Below the pieces are notes generated by a model, which did not search any database, was not told the DNA's origin, and saw only the letters and a list, made by a program, of their open reading frames with translations. A program made the position numbers and the translations under genes. This document shows, piece after piece, positions 12,512-23,209 of a DNA stretch of 64,000 nucleotides; positions within the stretch are counted from its first letter, which is position 1; each line of letters starts with the position of its first letter. The DNA comes from Escherichia coli (GTDB taxonomy: Bacteria; Pseudomonadota; Gammaproteobacteria; Enterobacterales; Enterobacteriaceae): the NCBI RefSeq assembly GCF_003334255.1, contig NZ_QOWU01000005.1; one strand, written 5' to 3'.

Positions 12512-13405
12512 ATGACGAATTTAAAAGCAGTTATTCCTGTGGCGGGTCTTGGGATGCATATGTTGCCTGCCACTAAGGCGATTCCCAAAGAGATGCTACC
12601 GATCGTCGACAAGCCAATGATTCAGTACATTGTTGACGAGATTGTGGCTGCAGGGATCAAAGAAATCCTCCTGGTAACTCACGCGTCCAAGAACGCGGTC
12701 GAAAACCACTTCGACACCTCTTATGAATTAGAATCTCTCCTTGAACAGCGCGTGAAGCGTCAACTACTGGCGGAAGTGCAGTCCATCTGTCCGCCGGGCG
12801 TGACCATTATGAACGTGCGTCAGGGCGAACCTTTAGGTTTGGGCCACTCCATTTTGTGTGCACGACCTGCCATTGGTGACAACCCATTTGTCGTGGTGCT
12901 GCCAGACGTTGTGATCGATGACGCCAGCGCCGACCCGCTGCGCTACAATCTTGCTGCCATGATTGCGCGCTTCAACGAAACGGGCCGCAGCCAGGTGCTG
13001 GCAAAACGTATGCCGGGTGACCTCTCTGAATACTCCGTCATTCAGACCAAAGAACCGCTGGATCGTGAAGGTAAAGTCAGCCGCATTGTTGAATTTATCG
13101 AAAAACCGGATCAGCCGCAGACGCTGGACTCAGATATTATGGCCGTTGGTCGCTATGTGCTTTCTGCCGATATTTGGCCGGAACTTGAACGTACTCAGCC
13201 TGGTGCATGGGGGCGTATTCAGCTGACTGATGCCATTGCCGAACTGGCGAAAAAACAGTCCGTTGATGCAATGCTGATGACTGGTGACAGCTACGACTGC
13301 GGTAAAAAAATGGGCTATATGCAGGCGTTTGTGAAGTATGGACTGCGCAACCTGAAAGAAGGGGCGAAGTTCCGTAAAGGTATTGAAAAGCTGTTAAGCG
13401 AATAA
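12512..13405 (+). CDS. galF: UTP-glucose-1-phosphate uridylyltransferase subunit GalF
   Basis: ORF 12500..13405; [39 protein letters not shown]… matches GalF as recalled. Confidence 0.9.
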   Translation: MTNLKAVIPVAGLGMHMLPATKAIPKEMLPIVDKPMIQYIVDEIVAAGIKEILLVTHASKNAVENHFDTSYELESLLEQRVKRQLLAEVQSICPPGVTIMNVRQGEPLGLGHSILCARPAIGDNPFVVVLPDVVIDDASADPLRYNLAAMIARFNETGRSQVLAKRMPGDLSEYSVIQTKEPLDREGKVSRIVEFIEKPDQPQTLDSDIMAVGRYVLSADIWPELERTQPGAWGRIQLTDAIAELAKKQSVDAMLMTGDSYDCGKKMGYMQAFVKYGLRNLKEGAKFRKGIEKLLSE

Positions 13406-13663
13406 TGAAAATCTGACCGAATGTAACGGTTGATAAGAAAATTATAACGGCGGTGAAGATTCGTGGCGAAAGTAATTTGTTGCGAATATTCCTGCCGTTA
13501 TTTTATATAAACAATCAGAATAACAACGAGTTAGCAATAGGATTTTAGTCAAAGTTTTCCAGGATTTTCCTTGTTTCCGTAGCTGATTGGTAAGACAATT
13601 AGTGTTTGAATTTTTCAGGTTTAGCGCGAGTGGGTAACGCTCGTCACATCGTAGGCATGCATG

Positions 13664-13702
13664 CAGTGCTCTGGTAGCTGTAAAGCCAGGGGCGGTAGCG
13701 TG
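13664..13702 (+). promoter_or_regulatory. JUMPstart element with ops (GGCGGTAGCGTG), RfaH-dependent antitermination site
   Basis: CAGTGCTCTGGTAGCTGTAAAGCCAGGGGCGGTAGCGTG read directly; ops at 13691..13702; located between galF and the O-antigen genes. Confidence 0.8.
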
Positions 13703-13852
13703 TCTAGGGCAGGGAAAGATCACGTGGTGCTGCTTTTTTGTACTAAACAATTTGCATTTTATGTTCAATAATTGAGACATTCCTTATTACCTAAAACTGT
13801 TTTTCATTGCTTATACATGAGCAAATACTCCTTACATAATTAAGGAGAACAA

Positions 13853-14338
13853 AATTGAACTTAAAAAATTGATGGAACATATTTCTATTATCCTCGATTA
13901 TAGACAAGCTAGGAAAGTGAAACATAAATTGTTTGATATTCTACTGTTGACTATTTGCGCACTTATTTCTGGTGCAGAAGGCTGAAAAGATATAGATGGT
14001 TTTTGGGAAACGCATCTTGATTTTTTTAACAATATCGTGATTTTGAAAATGGTATTCCTATTCACTATACCATTGCCAGAGTTGTATCCTGTATCAGTTC
14101 TACAAAATTTCATGAGTGTTTTATTAACTGGATGCGTGATTGTCATTCTTAAGATGATAAAGACGTCATTGCAATTGATGGAAAAACGCTCCGGCATTCT
14201 TATGACAAGAGTCGTCGCAGGAGAGCGATTCATGTCATTGGTGCATTCTCAACTATGCACAGTCTGGTCATCGGACAGATCAAGACGGATGAACAGAAAC
14301 TACCTAGCGTCAGTCCTTGCGGGGAGCGGGCTTTCGTA
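13853..14338 (+). pseudogene. H-repeat-associated (ISAs1-family) transposase remnant, frameshifted and internally deleted
   Basis: Translations give [43 protein letters not shown]-stop, later frames …[41 protein letters not shown] joined directly to the C-terminal [16 protein letters not shown]; these match the H-repeat protein family as recalled. Confidence 0.6.
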
Positions 14339-14413
14339 ATCTTGCCTGTAGCGTTATTTGTTTTCGAGAATAAATATATAATACTCCATGTGGATATTTA
14401 GTTAAAAGAGGAT

Positions 14414-15679
14414 GTGGTGAAAACAGATTTGACTGTATTTAAGAATATTATATCGCTATTTAGCATTCGTTTTGCTGGCTACATAATACCTTTAATCACG
14501 TTGCCGTATCTTGTCAAGGTACTTCAACCTGTTGGATTTGGATATTTATCATTTGGTATTGCTGTTTTACAATATTGTACGCTAGTTGTTAATTATGGGT
14601 TTGATCTTTCAGCAACAAGAAAAATTGCACAGAATAGAGAAAATGTGCATTACATCAGCGATATTTTTTGGAATATTCTTTTTTTGCGGTTGTTTATTTC
14701 TCTTGTAGGTTTTTTAGTATTAGTGGTTTTTATCCATTTATTTCCTGATTTGTATCGAATTAAATGGATTTTGCTTTGGGGGTATTTGTCTGTTTTGGGG
14801 ACAGCTCTCTTTCCAATGTGGTTATTTCAGGGGAAAGAACAGCTTGGACGAATATCAGCAGCTCGTATATTTTTACAGATTTCTTGCGTACCTTTATTTT
14901 TTGTTTTTGTAAAAAACACTCAAGATGATTGGGTCGCATCACTAATATATGCTCTACCGCAGTTGTTAATATCAGTAGTGGCAGTATATATCATTCATAA
15001 AAGGAAGTGGATTGTATTAAAAAAAATAAAACTTGCAACAATCAAGAAAGAATTAATAGATGGTTGGCATCTTTTTATATCTACGGCAGCAATTAGTCTC
15101 TATACAACAACCATTACTGTAGTCTTAGGGATTGTATCAGGTCCCTATAGTGTTGCCATATATACTTCTGCAAATAAAATATTACAGGCGGCTCAGGGGC
15201 TTTATCAACCAATATCCTCTGCATTTTACCCGCGAATAAATAACCTGATGAAAGAAAATAAACAATTAGCATTTAAAACTATAAGAAAACTATTTAAAAT
15301 ACAGTTTGTTATTACTATTTGCATAAGCGTTGGGTTGTTTTTGTTTTCTAATATTGTTGTTGATATTTTATACGGTGATGATTATCGAAATGCGGCATTA
15401 ATTCTTCAGCTATTATCACCTATTCCTATAGTTGTGGGATGTAGTAACATTTTTGGAATACAAATATTATTAACATGTGGTTATAAAAAGGAGTTTTCCA
15501 CTATTTTACTGATCTCAGGGCTTATTAATATGATTTTGATATTTCCTCTTTGCTATAAGTTTAACGAGTTTGGAGCAGCATTTTCTGTTTTAATTACAGA
15601 GATATTTGTTACTGTTTCTATGCTGTTTGTGGTTATTCTGAAAAAAATACCGGTTTGGGAGAGTAAGCGTAATGTATGA
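14414..15679 (+). CDS. wzx: O-antigen flippase (Wzx family); likely GTG start
   Basis: 421-aa polytopic membrane ORF, AT-rich; first gene after JUMPstart; RBS AAAAGAGGA upstream. Confidence 0.7.
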   Translation: MVKTDLTVFKNIISLFSIRFAGYIIPLITLPYLVKVLQPVGFGYLSFGIAVLQYCTLVVNYGFDLSATRKIAQNRENVHYISDIFWNILFLRLFISLVGFLVLVVFIHLFPDLYRIKWILLWGYLSVLGTALFPMWLFQGKEQLGRISAARIFLQISCVPLFFVFVKNTQDDWVASLIYALPQLLISVVAVYIIHKRKWIVLKKIKLATIKKELIDGWHLFISTAAISLYTTTITVVLGIVSGPYSVAIYTSANKILQAAQGLYQPISSAFYPRINNLMKENKQLAFKTIRKLFKIQFVITICISVGLFLFSNIVVDILYGDDYRNAALILQLLSPIPIVVGCSNIFGIQILLTCGYKKEFSTILLISGLINMILIFPLCYKFNEFGAAFSVLITEIFVTVSMLFVVILKKIPVWESKRNV

Positions 15680-16760
15680 TTATTTGATTGTCGGCAGCGG
15701 GCTTTTTGGCGCGGTTTGTGCAAATGAGCTTAAAAAAAGAAATGTCAAAATTCTTGTGATAGATAAACGCAACCATGTAGGAGGGAATGTTTATACCGAA
15801 AACATTAATGGAATTCAAGTGCATAAATATGGTGCACATATATTTCATACTAATGATAAGTATATTTGGGAGTATGTAAATAAACTTGTTGAGTTTAATC
15901 GTTTTACAAATTCACCTCTAGCTTATTTTAAAGGGGAACTTTTTAATTTACCATTTAACATGAATACTTTTTATCAGTTGTGGGGAGTGAAAAAACCTTC
16001 AGAAGCTGCCGCTATTATAGAAGAACAACGAAAAGTAATGCTAAAAAAAGAACCTACAAATTTGGAAGAGCAGGCTATTTCACTAGTTGGAGTAGATATC
16101 TATGAGAAATTGATTAAGGGATATACCGAAAAACAGTGGGGACGTAGTTGTAAAGAGTTACCATCCTTCATTATTCGACGACTACCAGTAAGATTTACAT
16201 TTGACAATAATTATTTTTCTGACAAATATCAGGGTATTCCTGTTGGGGGATATACGAATTTAATTGAAAAAATGCTTGAGGGAGTTGAGGTTCATTTAGG
16301 CATTGACTATCTTAAAGAACGCAAGAAATATTCGAAAATTGCAAAAAAAATCATATATACAGGACCGATTGATGAGTATTTTGATAATGTGCTAGGACAG
16401 TTGGAGTATAGGTCATTAAAATTTCAAACAGAAAAAATGGATATTCCTAATTATCAGGGGAATGCAGTGGTTAATTACACTGAAAAAGAAATACCATTTA
16501 CGCGAATTATAGAACATAAGCATTTTGATTTTGTTGAATCTAATTTTACCATAATTACTAAAGAATACCCTAAAGAGTGGAGTAATGGTGATGAGCCATA
16601 CTACCCTATCAATGATGAGAAAAACATGGCTTTATATAGAAAATATAAATCTTTGGCTGATGAGGAAAATGTGATTTTTGGTGGGCGTTTGGCTGAATAT
16701 AAATATTATGACATGCACCAAGTTATTCGGTCTGCCTTAAACTGTGTGAAGCATATTTAA
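15672..16760 (+). CDS. glf: UDP-galactopyranose mutase
   Basis: 362-aa ORF, N-terminal FAD-binding motif MYDYLIVGSGLFGAVCA…, typical Glf length. Confidence 0.9.
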   Translation: MYDYLIVGSGLFGAVCANELKKRNVKILVIDKRNHVGGNVYTENINGIQVHKYGAHIFHTNDKYIWEYVNKLVEFNRFTNSPLAYFKGELFNLPFNMNTFYQLWGVKKPSEAAAIIEEQRKVMLKKEPTNLEEQAISLVGVDIYEKLIKGYTEKQWGRSCKELPSFIIRRLPVRFTFDNNYFSDKYQGIPVGGYTNLIEKMLEGVEVHLGIDYLKERKKYSKIAKKIIYTGPIDEYFDNVLGQLEYRSLKFQTEKMDIPNYQGNAVVNYTEKEIPFTRIIEHKHFDFVESNFTIITKEYPKEWSNGDEPYYPINDEKNMALYRKYKSLADEENVIFGGRLAEYKYYDMHQVIRSALNCVKHI

Positions 16761-16792
16761 TTATTAAGGAGGGGGGAGGGAGGCATATTTTT

Positions 16793-17995
16793 ATGAAGCT
16801 ATATTATATCTGTTCGGATTTTTATCCTTCTGGCACTGGTTTTGCAATATCGTTTACGAATTTTATACAGTTTATATTAGATTCAAATAAATTCGAGCAT
16901 ATCACGATACTAACTACAAATTCTAAAGCATCTTTGCCTGAAAATTTCAACGAACGTGTTTCATTGCAAACTTTTGATGTCAGAGGTGAGTTGAAGTTAG
17001 CTAGGTACTTTAGATCATCTATTCTTCTTGACTTGTATTCAATATTTAAATATAGACGCATTCTGCATATGTTAAAATGTTGTTGTATTAAGTCTGATGA
17101 TGTATTCTTTTATGAGGAGTTTTATTTTGGCAATCTTTATAAATATTTGAAAAGACGCTTTCCTTGTAATAAGCATATAATACGAGTGCATGGGACAATG
17201 CCAGAGTTTGTGACGTTTGATCGTTCAAATAGATATAGAAAAATATTATTTAAACAAGCTTTAGAGCTAAAAAACAATAGAGAAAATAAAATAACAATTG
17301 CAACGACAACATCTTTTTATATTGATTTCATTAATACTCATATACTTAAAAATCAGTATGGAACAATATGTAATGTAGATTATATTTTTCTACCAAATAG
17401 TATATATAGTAATAAAAATATTCCGCAGACACAAAAGTCAGAAAATATGTCCAATTCTTTAACTTTATTGCAGTTGGGGAGAATGGATAAAGGTGGGTAC
17501 TTCCAAAAAGGGTTTGATGATACGATTAAAGCATTAAATTATATTAATTCAGATGTTTTTTTATCCCATCGGATACGTCTTGTTACTATTGGTAGTGGTG
17601 AGAAAAAAAAATATTTTAAAGATAAAATGAGGGATCTAAAAAACATAGCATTTGAACATTATGAAAATATAAATAATGAAGCTGTTAATGACTTAATAAT
17701 GCAGGCTGATGTTATACTCTTACCATCAAGATGTGAAGGTATGTCAATGTTTGCAGTCGAAGCTATTTCGCTAGGAAAACCAATAATTACGACAAGAAAT
17801 ACTGGAGTTGATGATATATGTATTGAAGGAGTTAATAGTCTGAAATTTGATATGTTTAATTATGTTGAGTATGCACAAGCTATCGAAAAAATAATCAAAG
17901 AACCGCATTTGATTAGACAAATGGGATATAATGCTTTTGCTGTTTCAAAAGAAAATGAAAAGAAATTAAAAGCAAATATAGAGGCCTTTTTGTGA
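16793..17995 (+). CDS. glycosyltransferase (GT-B, family 1/4-like)
   Basis: 400-aa AT-rich ORF; C-terminal region …LPSRCEGMSMFAVEAISLGKPIITT… resembles the GT4 E-x7-E region. Confidence 0.6.
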   Translation: MKLYYICSDFYPSGTGFAISFTNFIQFILDSNKFEHITILTTNSKASLPENFNERVSLQTFDVRGELKLARYFRSSILLDLYSIFKYRRILHMLKCCCIKSDDVFFYEEFYFGNLYKYLKRRFPCNKHIIRVHGTMPEFVTFDRSNRYRKILFKQALELKNNRENKITIATTTSFYIDFINTHILKNQYGTICNVDYIFLPNSIYSNKNIPQTQKSENMSNSLTLLQLGRMDKGGYFQKGFDDTIKALNYINSDVFLSHRIRLVTIGSGEKKKYFKDKMRDLKNIAFEHYENINNEAVNDLIMQADVILLPSRCEGMSMFAVEAISLGKPIITTRNTGVDDICIEGVNSLKFDMFNYVEYAQAIEKIIKEPHLIRQMGYNAFAVSKENEKKLKANIEAFL

Positions 17996-18849
17996 TGATT
18001 TATAGATATATATTAAATCTATTTCCTGACACTCTATTTATTAGATTGCGATATTTTAAACGATTTAAGCGTATTTTACACTTGAGAAAACCGAAGCGAT
18101 TTACTGAGAAAATTATGTGGTATAAACTTTTTTATCATGATAATTTGATGACTATCTGCGCAGATAAGTATCGTGTAAGAGAATATATAAAGGAAAAGGG
18201 GTTCGGTGATATATTGGTTCCATTGTTTAAAGTATATAATACTCCAGATGAAATAAAAATTGATGAATTGCCTTGTCAATTTATTTTAAAAGGGAATAAT
18301 GGAAGTGAGACTAATTTAGTTGTTAGGGATAAGAGTAAAATAACCGAGAAGTATATAAGGCATATAGTTTCTGGATGGATGGCTAATAACCAAGTTATTA
18401 CTTTGGGGAAAGAGTGGTGTTATCAGAATATTGAATTTAAGATAACTGTGGAGCAGCTATTAGAATCAGAAGGAGAGGATGGCATTGATGACTATAAATT
18501 TCTTTGTTTTAATGGTCGCGTTCATTATATATGGGTTGATAAAAATCGATTTACAAGCCACACCAGAACTTTTTTTGATCGAGACTGGAATGTGATAAAT
18601 GTAGAATCAGATCATCCAGCTGCTAGTTTTTCTATAGATAAGCCTTGGGGGTTTGAAAAAATGCTACATATCGCTGAAGATATAGGTAAAGATTTCCCAT
18701 TTGCTAGAGTTGATTTTTATAGTGTAAACAAAAAGGTTTATTTTGGTGAGATAACTTTTTATCCATGGAGTGGCATGGTGCAGTTTCAACCAGATAGTTT
18801 TGATTTTGATATGGGTGATAAATTTATTCTGCCAAAAGAGATGTTATAA
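17992..18849 (+). CDS. TupA-like ATP-grasp family protein
   Basis: 285-aa ORF; C-terminal RVDFYSVNKKVYFGEITFYPWSG resembles the TupA-like ATP-grasp family, recognised from memory only. Confidence 0.45.
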   Translation: MMIYRYILNLFPDTLFIRLRYFKRFKRILHLRKPKRFTEKIMWYKLFYHDNLMTICADKYRVREYIKEKGFGDILVPLFKVYNTPDEIKIDELPCQFILKGNNGSETNLVVRDKSKITEKYIRHIVSGWMANNQVITLGKEWCYQNIEFKITVEQLLESEGEDGIDDYKFLCFNGRVHYIWVDKNRFTSHTRTFFDRDWNVINVESDHPAASFSIDKPWGFEKMLHIAEDIGKDFPFARVDFYSVNKKVYFGEITFYPWSGMVQFQPDSFDFDMGDKFILPKEML

Positions 18850-19757
18850 TGAGTAAGTTGTCCGTAATTATGTCTGTATATTCAGAGTCCGAAAAAATGC
18901 TAAGACAATCTATTGATTCTGTATTGAATCAGTCATTTAGGGATTTTGAATTTATCATAGTTAATGATAACCCAGAGAGAATCGAGATAATACAGTTGCT
19001 TCGTTATTATATGGAAAAAGATAATAGGGTTAAGGTATTTTCAAATGAGATCAATAAAGGGTTGACAAAGAGTCTTAATATTGCAGCAAAAAAAAGCAAC
19101 AGTAAATATATTGCCAGAATGGACGCTGATGATATTTCTGATATTACGAGGTTTGATAGACAGTTAGATATACTTGAGAAAAATGATGATATAGATATAT
19201 GTGGTAGTAATGTTAAGGTAATTAATGTCCATGATAATGTTACAGGGCACTATAGGTATCCTGAAAGATCTTCAAAAATAAAGGGGAAGTTATTCTTTCG
19301 TGATTGTCTTTGCCATCCAGCCACAATGTTTCGGCGTTCGTTTTTCATTGAGGTCGGCGGATATAGTGAGGATTTTAAAAAAGCTCAAGACTATGAACTT
19401 TGGATTAAGGCTTTAATAAATGATAAAGGGATATATAATATTCAGACTCCCTTATTATACTATCGTATGCATTCTGAAAATATTTCGACAAAAAATATTG
19501 ATGAACAACATTATTATTCAATAAAGGCAAAAGTACTACTGTATTCATTTTTTATGGATCAGCAGCAATCATTGAAAATCATAGATTATATAGAGGGACA
19601 GCAAGGCAATGTTCATATTATACGTGTGTTAAAATTCTTTTTTGTTTTAGCTGGGCGATTAAATAAAAAAATTAATGGTTTTTCATATATATATTTCTTC
19701 TTTTTATTGGTGAAAAGGTTGATTTACATAAAAATTATAAGACGTGCTATTTTTTAG
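18849..19757 (+). CDS. glycosyltransferase family 2
   Basis: 302-aa ORF; N-terminal SVIMSVYSE…FIIVNDN and DXD-like ARMDADDIS motif. Confidence 0.7.
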   Translation: MSKLSVIMSVYSESEKMLRQSIDSVLNQSFRDFEFIIVNDNPERIEIIQLLRYYMEKDNRVKVFSNEINKGLTKSLNIAAKKSNSKYIARMDADDISDITRFDRQLDILEKNDDIDICGSNVKVINVHDNVTGHYRYPERSSKIKGKLFFRDCLCHPATMFRRSFFIEVGGYSEDFKKAQDYELWIKALINDKGIYNIQTPLLYYRMHSENISTKNIDEQHYYSIKAKVLLYSFFMDQQQSLKIIDYIEGQQGNVHIIRVLKFFFVLAGRLNKKINGFSYIYFFFLLVKRLIYIKIIRRAIF

Positions 19758-19804
19758 TAGAGTTAAAATCCTTTTATTATATCCTCCTTGCAATGAGTTA
19801 TTAA

Positions 19805-21055
19805 ATGAATAACACTTTACGACAGTATAGTTTAGTGCAAGTCTTTATAACAATGTACTGCCTCTTTCCCTTCTATTTTCATAACATATATATTATTCAG
19901 ACTTTTTCTTTATATTCATTAGCACTAAGCTTTGTAGTTTATACGTTTTTCTATAAAGTTAGGTTTGTTTCAAGGTCAGGGGCAATTACAATCCTTGCTA
20001 GCACGACAACATTTTTGATTTTTTTATTTATGAGCATGCTCATTAATTTGTCGAGCGATATGACCTTTGTTTATGAACAAGTTTTTGGTTTTTCTAAGCA
20101 GTTACTATTAGCATTAGTTCCTTTTTGTCTCTATTTTTCGTTCGATAGTGATGATATTAATTACGCAGTACACAGTATTTTATTGTTGTTTATTAGAGCC
20201 ATAAGCTTGTATGTTTTTATTTCTGTTATATTTCTGATACCTGAAGTTAGAAATTATTGGATTGATATTATATATTTTAGTAGTGATCAAAATAAGGAAT
20301 TAATAAATTCTGCTTCATACTATACGCGCTTTGGTTTGCAGGGATTTTCTGGATTCAGACATGCTATTCTATGCGCGATTGCTCTAATTTTTAGTATATA
20401 TTTATTTATGTGTGGTTATAAAAAAATAAAAAATTATTGGATGAGTGTGTTTCTTGTTTGTATTGGGTGTTTCCTATACGGCCGTATTGCTATAGCTGTG
20501 ATACTATGTATAACTTTAATATCATTATTTTATTTATTATGTAAGTTTGAAAAACTTTATTTTATATTTATTGTTTGCTTATGCGTGGGGACGATTGCAT
20601 GTGTAGTATATATGAATATTGATTATATTCAGGATAGTTATTCATTAGCTTGGATTTTCGAACCATTAATAAATTTTATTAATGAAGGTCAGTTTACAAG
20701 TCATTCGACAAATGATTTATCCAGCATGTATATAATGCCGAATGAAAATACAATGTTGTTAGGTGATGGGAAATATACTAATCATGATGGAAGTTATTAT
20801 ATGCATACGGATGTTGGATTTTTAAGGCCTGTTTTTTTTGGAGGTATTTTTTTTGTTTTCTTTTACTATATGATGTTAATATTGCCACTTATATTAATTA
20901 TTAAGAATTCTGGGCTTGAACGAAGAAATATATTAACATTGTTTTTGGCTTTGGCTTTGATTGTTTTTGAGTTGAAGGGAGAGTCATTTATATCATTTTC
21001 TGCAATAATTTTTTCTTTCATACTCATTCCTATTATTTGTAAAAGGTTAAATTGA
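19805..21055 (+). CDS. wzy: O-antigen polymerase (Wzy)
   Basis: 416-aa very hydrophobic, multi-TM, low-complexity AT-rich ORF inside the O-antigen cluster; no recognisable enzymatic motif. Confidence 0.6.
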   Translation: MNNTLRQYSLVQVFITMYCLFPFYFHNIYIIQTFSLYSLALSFVVYTFFYKVRFVSRSGAITILASTTTFLIFLFMSMLINLSSDMTFVYEQVFGFSKQLLLALVPFCLYFSFDSDDINYAVHSILLLFIRAISLYVFISVIFLIPEVRNYWIDIIYFSSDQNKELINSASYYTRFGLQGFSGFRHAILCAIALIFSIYLFMCGYKKIKNYWMSVFLVCIGCFLYGRIAIAVILCITLISLFYLLCKFEKLYFIFIVCLCVGTIACVVYMNIDYIQDSYSLAWIFEPLINFINEGQFTSHSTNDLSSMYIMPNENTMLLGDGKYTNHDGSYYMHTDVGFLRPVFFGGIFFVFFYYMMLILPLILIIKNSGLERRNILTLFLALALIVFELKGESFISFSAIIFSFILIPIICKRLN

Positions 21056-22146
21056 TGAGAATATCATTAGAAGAGAATTCAGTAGTTTTTATTCTATATC
21101 AATTTCATATTGGCGGTGTCGAAAGTGCACTAATAAATCTGCTTGAGAATATTAAAAAGAAGAGAGTATATTTGATCTTTGCAATGAATAAGATCAACAA
21201 TGAACTCCTAAAAAAAATTCCTCATAACGTCAAAATAATTGGACTAGGAATAAATAATAAAAATATATGTCATTTAATTGGTTATACACGTAGATTAAGC
21301 AAACGATATGATTTTAGTAGAACACACATTGTTAATTTTTCTGATACCCTATCAACTCTAATAATTCAATATTCTTTGAATGCAAAATTAAAGACATCGT
21401 GGGTTCATTGCAATCCATTAACTTTGATAAACTCTCGTTCATTTCAGTTATATAAGTATTTATTAGTTAGAAATGATAAAATAGTTTGTTTGTGTGAATC
21501 ACAGAAAAATCTCTTAATAAAGGTGATGCCCAAAGCGGAAAAAAAAGTCACCATTATATATAATTGTGTTGATGCTGATATCCTTTCAAAAGGAGCTCAA
21601 GAAAAAGTTGACGTTGATTATAAATATATAATAAAAGTTGCAAGATTTGATGAAAGAACAAAAGATTTCATTACTCTTATAGATGCATATTGTAAACTAC
21701 CTAAAGAAACACAAGATACGTATAAACTTGTATTATTAGGTGATGGACCTGATCTCGAAAATGTTAGAAATTATACAAGAAAAAAAAACAACATGCAAAA
21801 CATATTTTTTCCGGGTAAAGATGTCAATCCTTTTAAATGGATTAAACATTCGCAGTTCTTGGTGCACTCCTCAACATCAGAGGGCTTTTCTCTTGTTCTG
21901 TTGGAGGCCATGTTATTAGGTAAAGTTGTGATTGCATCTGATTGTAATTGTGGTCCTTCTGATATACTGGATAATGGGAATGCAGGATTCCTATTCAATG
22001 TTGGTGATGTTGATAGCTTAACCTGTATTATGCAAAATTTATTAGTTAATCAAGACATCATCAATATATATACCAATCGCTCTCTTGTTAGAGGCGTTGA
22101 ATTACAGTTGAAAGCAAATAGGCAGGTTAAGGAGTATTTTTTGTGA
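21052..22146 (+). CDS. glycosyltransferase family 4
   Basis: 364-aa ORF; …HSSTSEGFSLVLLEAMLLGKVVIASDCNCGPSDIL… GT4 signature. Confidence 0.65.
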   Translation: MMRISLEENSVVFILYQFHIGGVESALINLLENIKKKRVYLIFAMNKINNELLKKIPHNVKIIGLGINNKNICHLIGYTRRLSKRYDFSRTHIVNFSDTLSTLIIQYSLNAKLKTSWVHCNPLTLINSRSFQLYKYLLVRNDKIVCLCESQKNLLIKVMPKAEKKVTIIYNCVDADILSKGAQEKVDVDYKYIIKVARFDERTKDFITLIDAYCKLPKETQDTYKLVLLGDGPDLENVRNYTRKKNNMQNIFFPGKDVNPFKWIKHSQFLVHSSTSEGFSLVLLEAMLLGKVVIASDCNCGPSDILDNGNAGFLFNVGDVDSLTCIMQNLLVNQDIINIYTNRSLVRGVELQLKANRQVKEYFL

Positions 22147-23102
22147 GTAGTGTATCTGTATGCATTGTGACTTTTAATCGTAAAAATGACCTGTTGAGAT
22201 GTCTAGATAATGTTCTTAAACAGTCACACGTTGTCAGTAATATCCTTATATATGATAATGCATCTACTGATGGGACCACTCGGTTTCTGCTTAGTAAATA
22301 TTGCGCTATATTATCTCCATCAAATATTCCTCAAAAGATTGCAACCCTAAATGACATAAATATCTGGCTTGTTACAGCGACAGAGAACTCTGGAGGTGCT
22401 GGCGGGTTTCATTATTCTGTAAAATTATCTCGTGAAATATTCGATACTGATTATTATTGGTTAATGGATGACGATGGTTACCCTTCTAAAGATTGTTTAA
22501 ATATTCTTATGCAATATGCAGAGACGCATAATTCTGATTATGTTATGCCTGTTAGTATAGATATTGATAATAATGAACAGCTATCTTGGCCAACACGAAA
22601 AAAAAACCATGCAAAAACTGAATGTTATAAGGAATTATATGAGTCGTGGGGAGATGTTATGGATTATGTTACACCTTTTAATGGTTCTCTCTTAAGTAAA
22701 AAATGTATTGATAGTGTTGGGTATGTGAATAAAGATTTTTTTATTTGGGGGGATGAGTATGAACATTACTGGAGATGCAAAAAAGCAGGAATTCATCCTG
22801 TAACAATTATGAATGCAAAATTCTATCACCCGTCACAAAAGTTACCTCTTCAGCCATGTTTTTTTGGATTGATTAAATTACCCTATGTCGATTCTCCATT
22901 ACGTATGGTATGCCTAGTTCGAAATTATACATATATTTATAAAAAATATGACTCAAAATTAAAAATAATTCTCAAGCTTATATCTTATAGTTGGTTTTTC
23001 TTAATAACAAGAAAGCTTGATGTTAAAGGTTTTGTCTTATACTTAAAAAGTGTTCTTGATGGATTAAGAAATGATTTTACAAGACATAGAGATTTTTTAT
23101 AA
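22143..23102 (+). CDS. glycosyltransferase family 2 (GGAGGF-type)
   Basis: 319-aa ORF; SVCIVTFNR…ENSGGAGGFHYS…WLMDDDGYP motifs; paralogous to the next ORF. Confidence 0.6.
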   Translation: MSSVSVCIVTFNRKNDLLRCLDNVLKQSHVVSNILIYDNASTDGTTRFLLSKYCAILSPSNIPQKIATLNDINIWLVTATENSGGAGGFHYSVKLSREIFDTDYYWLMDDDGYPSKDCLNILMQYAETHNSDYVMPVSIDIDNNEQLSWPTRKKNHAKTECYKELYESWGDVMDYVTPFNGSLLSKKCIDSVGYVNKDFFIWGDEYEHYWRCKKAGIHPVTIMNAKFYHPSQKLPLQPCFFGLIKLPYVDSPLRMVCLVRNYTYIYKKYDSKLKIILKLISYSWFFLITRKLDVKGFVLYLKSVLDGLRNDFTRHRDFL

Positions 23103-23209
23103 TACAGGTTGATACATTTCATAAAAACATAATGATAATGGATAATCAATTTGCATCTTAATTATTTTTACTACCTTCCCTGCTCGATAAATATGTTTAT
23201 AGGGTTAAT

